Positions 62,183 to 64,000 of a stretch of 64,000 nt of DNA are shown in pieces. Made by a program: the position numbers and the translations under genes. Origin of the DNA: the human T2T-CHM13v2.0 reference genome, Homo sapiens. Location: assembly GCF_009914755.1 (NCBI RefSeq), contig NC_060944.1; one strand, written 5' to 3'. Numbering within the stretch: position 1 is the stretch's first letter; each line of letters opens with the position of its first letter. The notes under the pieces were generated by a model, which saw nothing but the letters and a program-made list of their open reading frames with translations, searched no databases and had not been told where the DNA came from.

Positions 62183-63553
62183 ATTTAAGGGGTTGTTAAC
62201 AAACATGAGACCCTCTGAGTTACTGAATCAATCTCAGCATCACGAGGTCTCAGCATTCTGGGGAGAAAGCAGAGCTGGTGTCCGGCTGTGTCTGGACTCC
62301 CCCTGAATCCGCCAGGTGGCCAGTCTCCAGAATGCCTGTCCTTCCACAGAAATGCTATCCCTTTCCGTTCTCCAAGTTTGGAGTCTGAGCCCTTTGAGGA
62401 AGGGTCCTCCTTCTTCATCCTGATGTCCCCAGCGTTCGACACAGAGTCCAGTACCAAGCAGGTACTCAAACCACATTAGTGGAGAAAAGCAACCCAGGAA
62501 CATATGAAAGACACAGCATCTTTTGTGTGGTTCTCAAGCCAGTCTCTAATATCGTTAATGCATTTGATAAGATAAAATCATTACTTACTAGCAAAATGAA
62601 TAATTAGCCATTTCTCAAAACCTAGTAGGATAGGCAAGAAGGAGGAAGACAGGGAGCTATGTGTACATAAGAGTGATATGTCTAAGTGACTTCTTGAAAT
62701 ACAGAGCCCATTGTCCCCACTCTGCAGTGGAAATCCATCGATTTCCAAATGAGTTGAGGCCATTTCCTGACAGTTGGGAGGAAAGGGGCCAAACCGTTGG
62801 GCTCCTATTCGTCTTCAGCATTTTACAATTAAGAGCTGGCCTTGTTTAAAGCCCAACCTGTCATTACTGTTAATATTGAGATCGGACACTTTGATCCGAA
62901 TGGAACCTGACTGCCTGATACAACCCAAAGTTAAGCTGCTTCCAAACGTATCTTTCACTCTGTATATCATCCTAGCTGGCTGATGTCTGTTTCAACTGAG
63001 CAGTGGGGTGATCTCACGATGGTGCAATGGAGAACTGATGTTGCATGAACTTTTCTGCTGTTGTTTCTTTTCCAACTGACAGCTTAGCCCTGCACCCTAG
63101 GCCAGCCTATTCTTCTCGTAGAGACGGTCACTGATTCCCTCTCTTCTGATTAGCCTGGGCAATGATTGGGATAATTTAGGACGTGCACTGTTTGATCATC
63201 TGTACACTTACAACAAATAAAACATTTTAATATGAGCAGTCACTGCATGTTTACTGTATCATATTGCTGAGAGCTGAACAAATGCCAAACGCTATAACAG
63301 AAGGGGGGATGTGAACTCCAGAATGATGACACTAATAAGGAAATTACAAAAGGCCCAACAAATGGCATTTATGTTAAATCAATAATGCTCTGTTTGTTTT
63401 TTTTAATTCTAATCTTTCTTCAGAAAAAAAAAATTATCTTTCTAAACAGTTGGCGATTCCTATTCTTGTTCGTCTTCCTGAACATAATTAAAAACATGTT
63501 GTGGCGCCTACTTAAGACATCAACTTTCCCAAGGCTGTCTTGTCCACTGTGTT

Positions 63554-63644
63554 TTAAACAAAGACACTTGTTTTGGCATTGTGCCCTTAATTAATCATTT
63601 GAGGCTTTATTGCTGTACCAAAAAAAAAAAGTGTCTTTGTTTAA
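63554..63644. repeat. Inverted repeat / hairpin in unique sequence
   Basis: ttaaacaaagacactt (63554-63569) is the exact reverse complement of aagtgtctttgtttaa (63629-63644). Confidence 0.9.
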
Positions 63645-64000
63645 TGATTCATCACAAGCCCAATTTCTGCAGAACTTAATCAAATACAGAACCAACTTTC
63701 TAATCAGCTTGAATATTAAAAAAATTGATGTAGTCCTTGTTTTCAGGATGTTGTTTGATAAAAGAAATATTGGTATGTGACACTCTGTTCATATTGGCTT
63801 TCTTTCATGGAATTCTTTCATGAAGATGAGATGAACGCTTTGCTTTTGGAGTCGAGAATGGAAGTCCATTGTTGATTGAGAAAATAGAAACTTTGACAGC
63901 CCAGTGAATGTCATTTAGCATCTGGGCCTTGCAGAGCTGGGGACAAAGCCTTGAAAAAGGTCTTCAGAATTCACATCTTTGTTTTCTTTTCTTTTTTTTT

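Overview
Primate (human-like) non-coding genomic DNA. I find no cellular protein-coding exon, RNA gene, CRISPR array or prokaryotic system. The window is dominated by interspersed repeats: 34 Alu copies (31 dimers, 3 monomers), 5'-truncated L1 pieces, L2 and MIR relics, MaLR/ERVL solo LTRs and hAT/Tigger MITEs. Many still have readable target-site duplications (TSDs). The only long recognisable ORF (51233-52099) is an L1 ORF2 C-terminal remnant. Repeat-free islands carry PBX/HOX/MEIS-type motifs, and old LINE/LTR relics lie mostly on the minus strand. Together these suggest (inference) a large intron or regulatory domain of a plus-strand developmental gene; I cannot name the locus. The most unusual structures are: a 32-bp palindrome-rich minisatellite apparently grown from a MIR tail (54084-54380); an L1 insertion flanked by a perfect 20-bp inverted repeat, consistent with extreme twin priming (57097-57444); a unique ~91-nt hairpin with symmetric SOX/FOX sites (63554-63644); a MER58 element made of two like ends sharing one TSD (61840-62182); a tailless, TSD-less L1 patch (44713-45026); and a four-layer nested insertion (55270-56950). 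Repeat family names come from my recollection of consensus sequences, boundaries are approximate, and no search was run.
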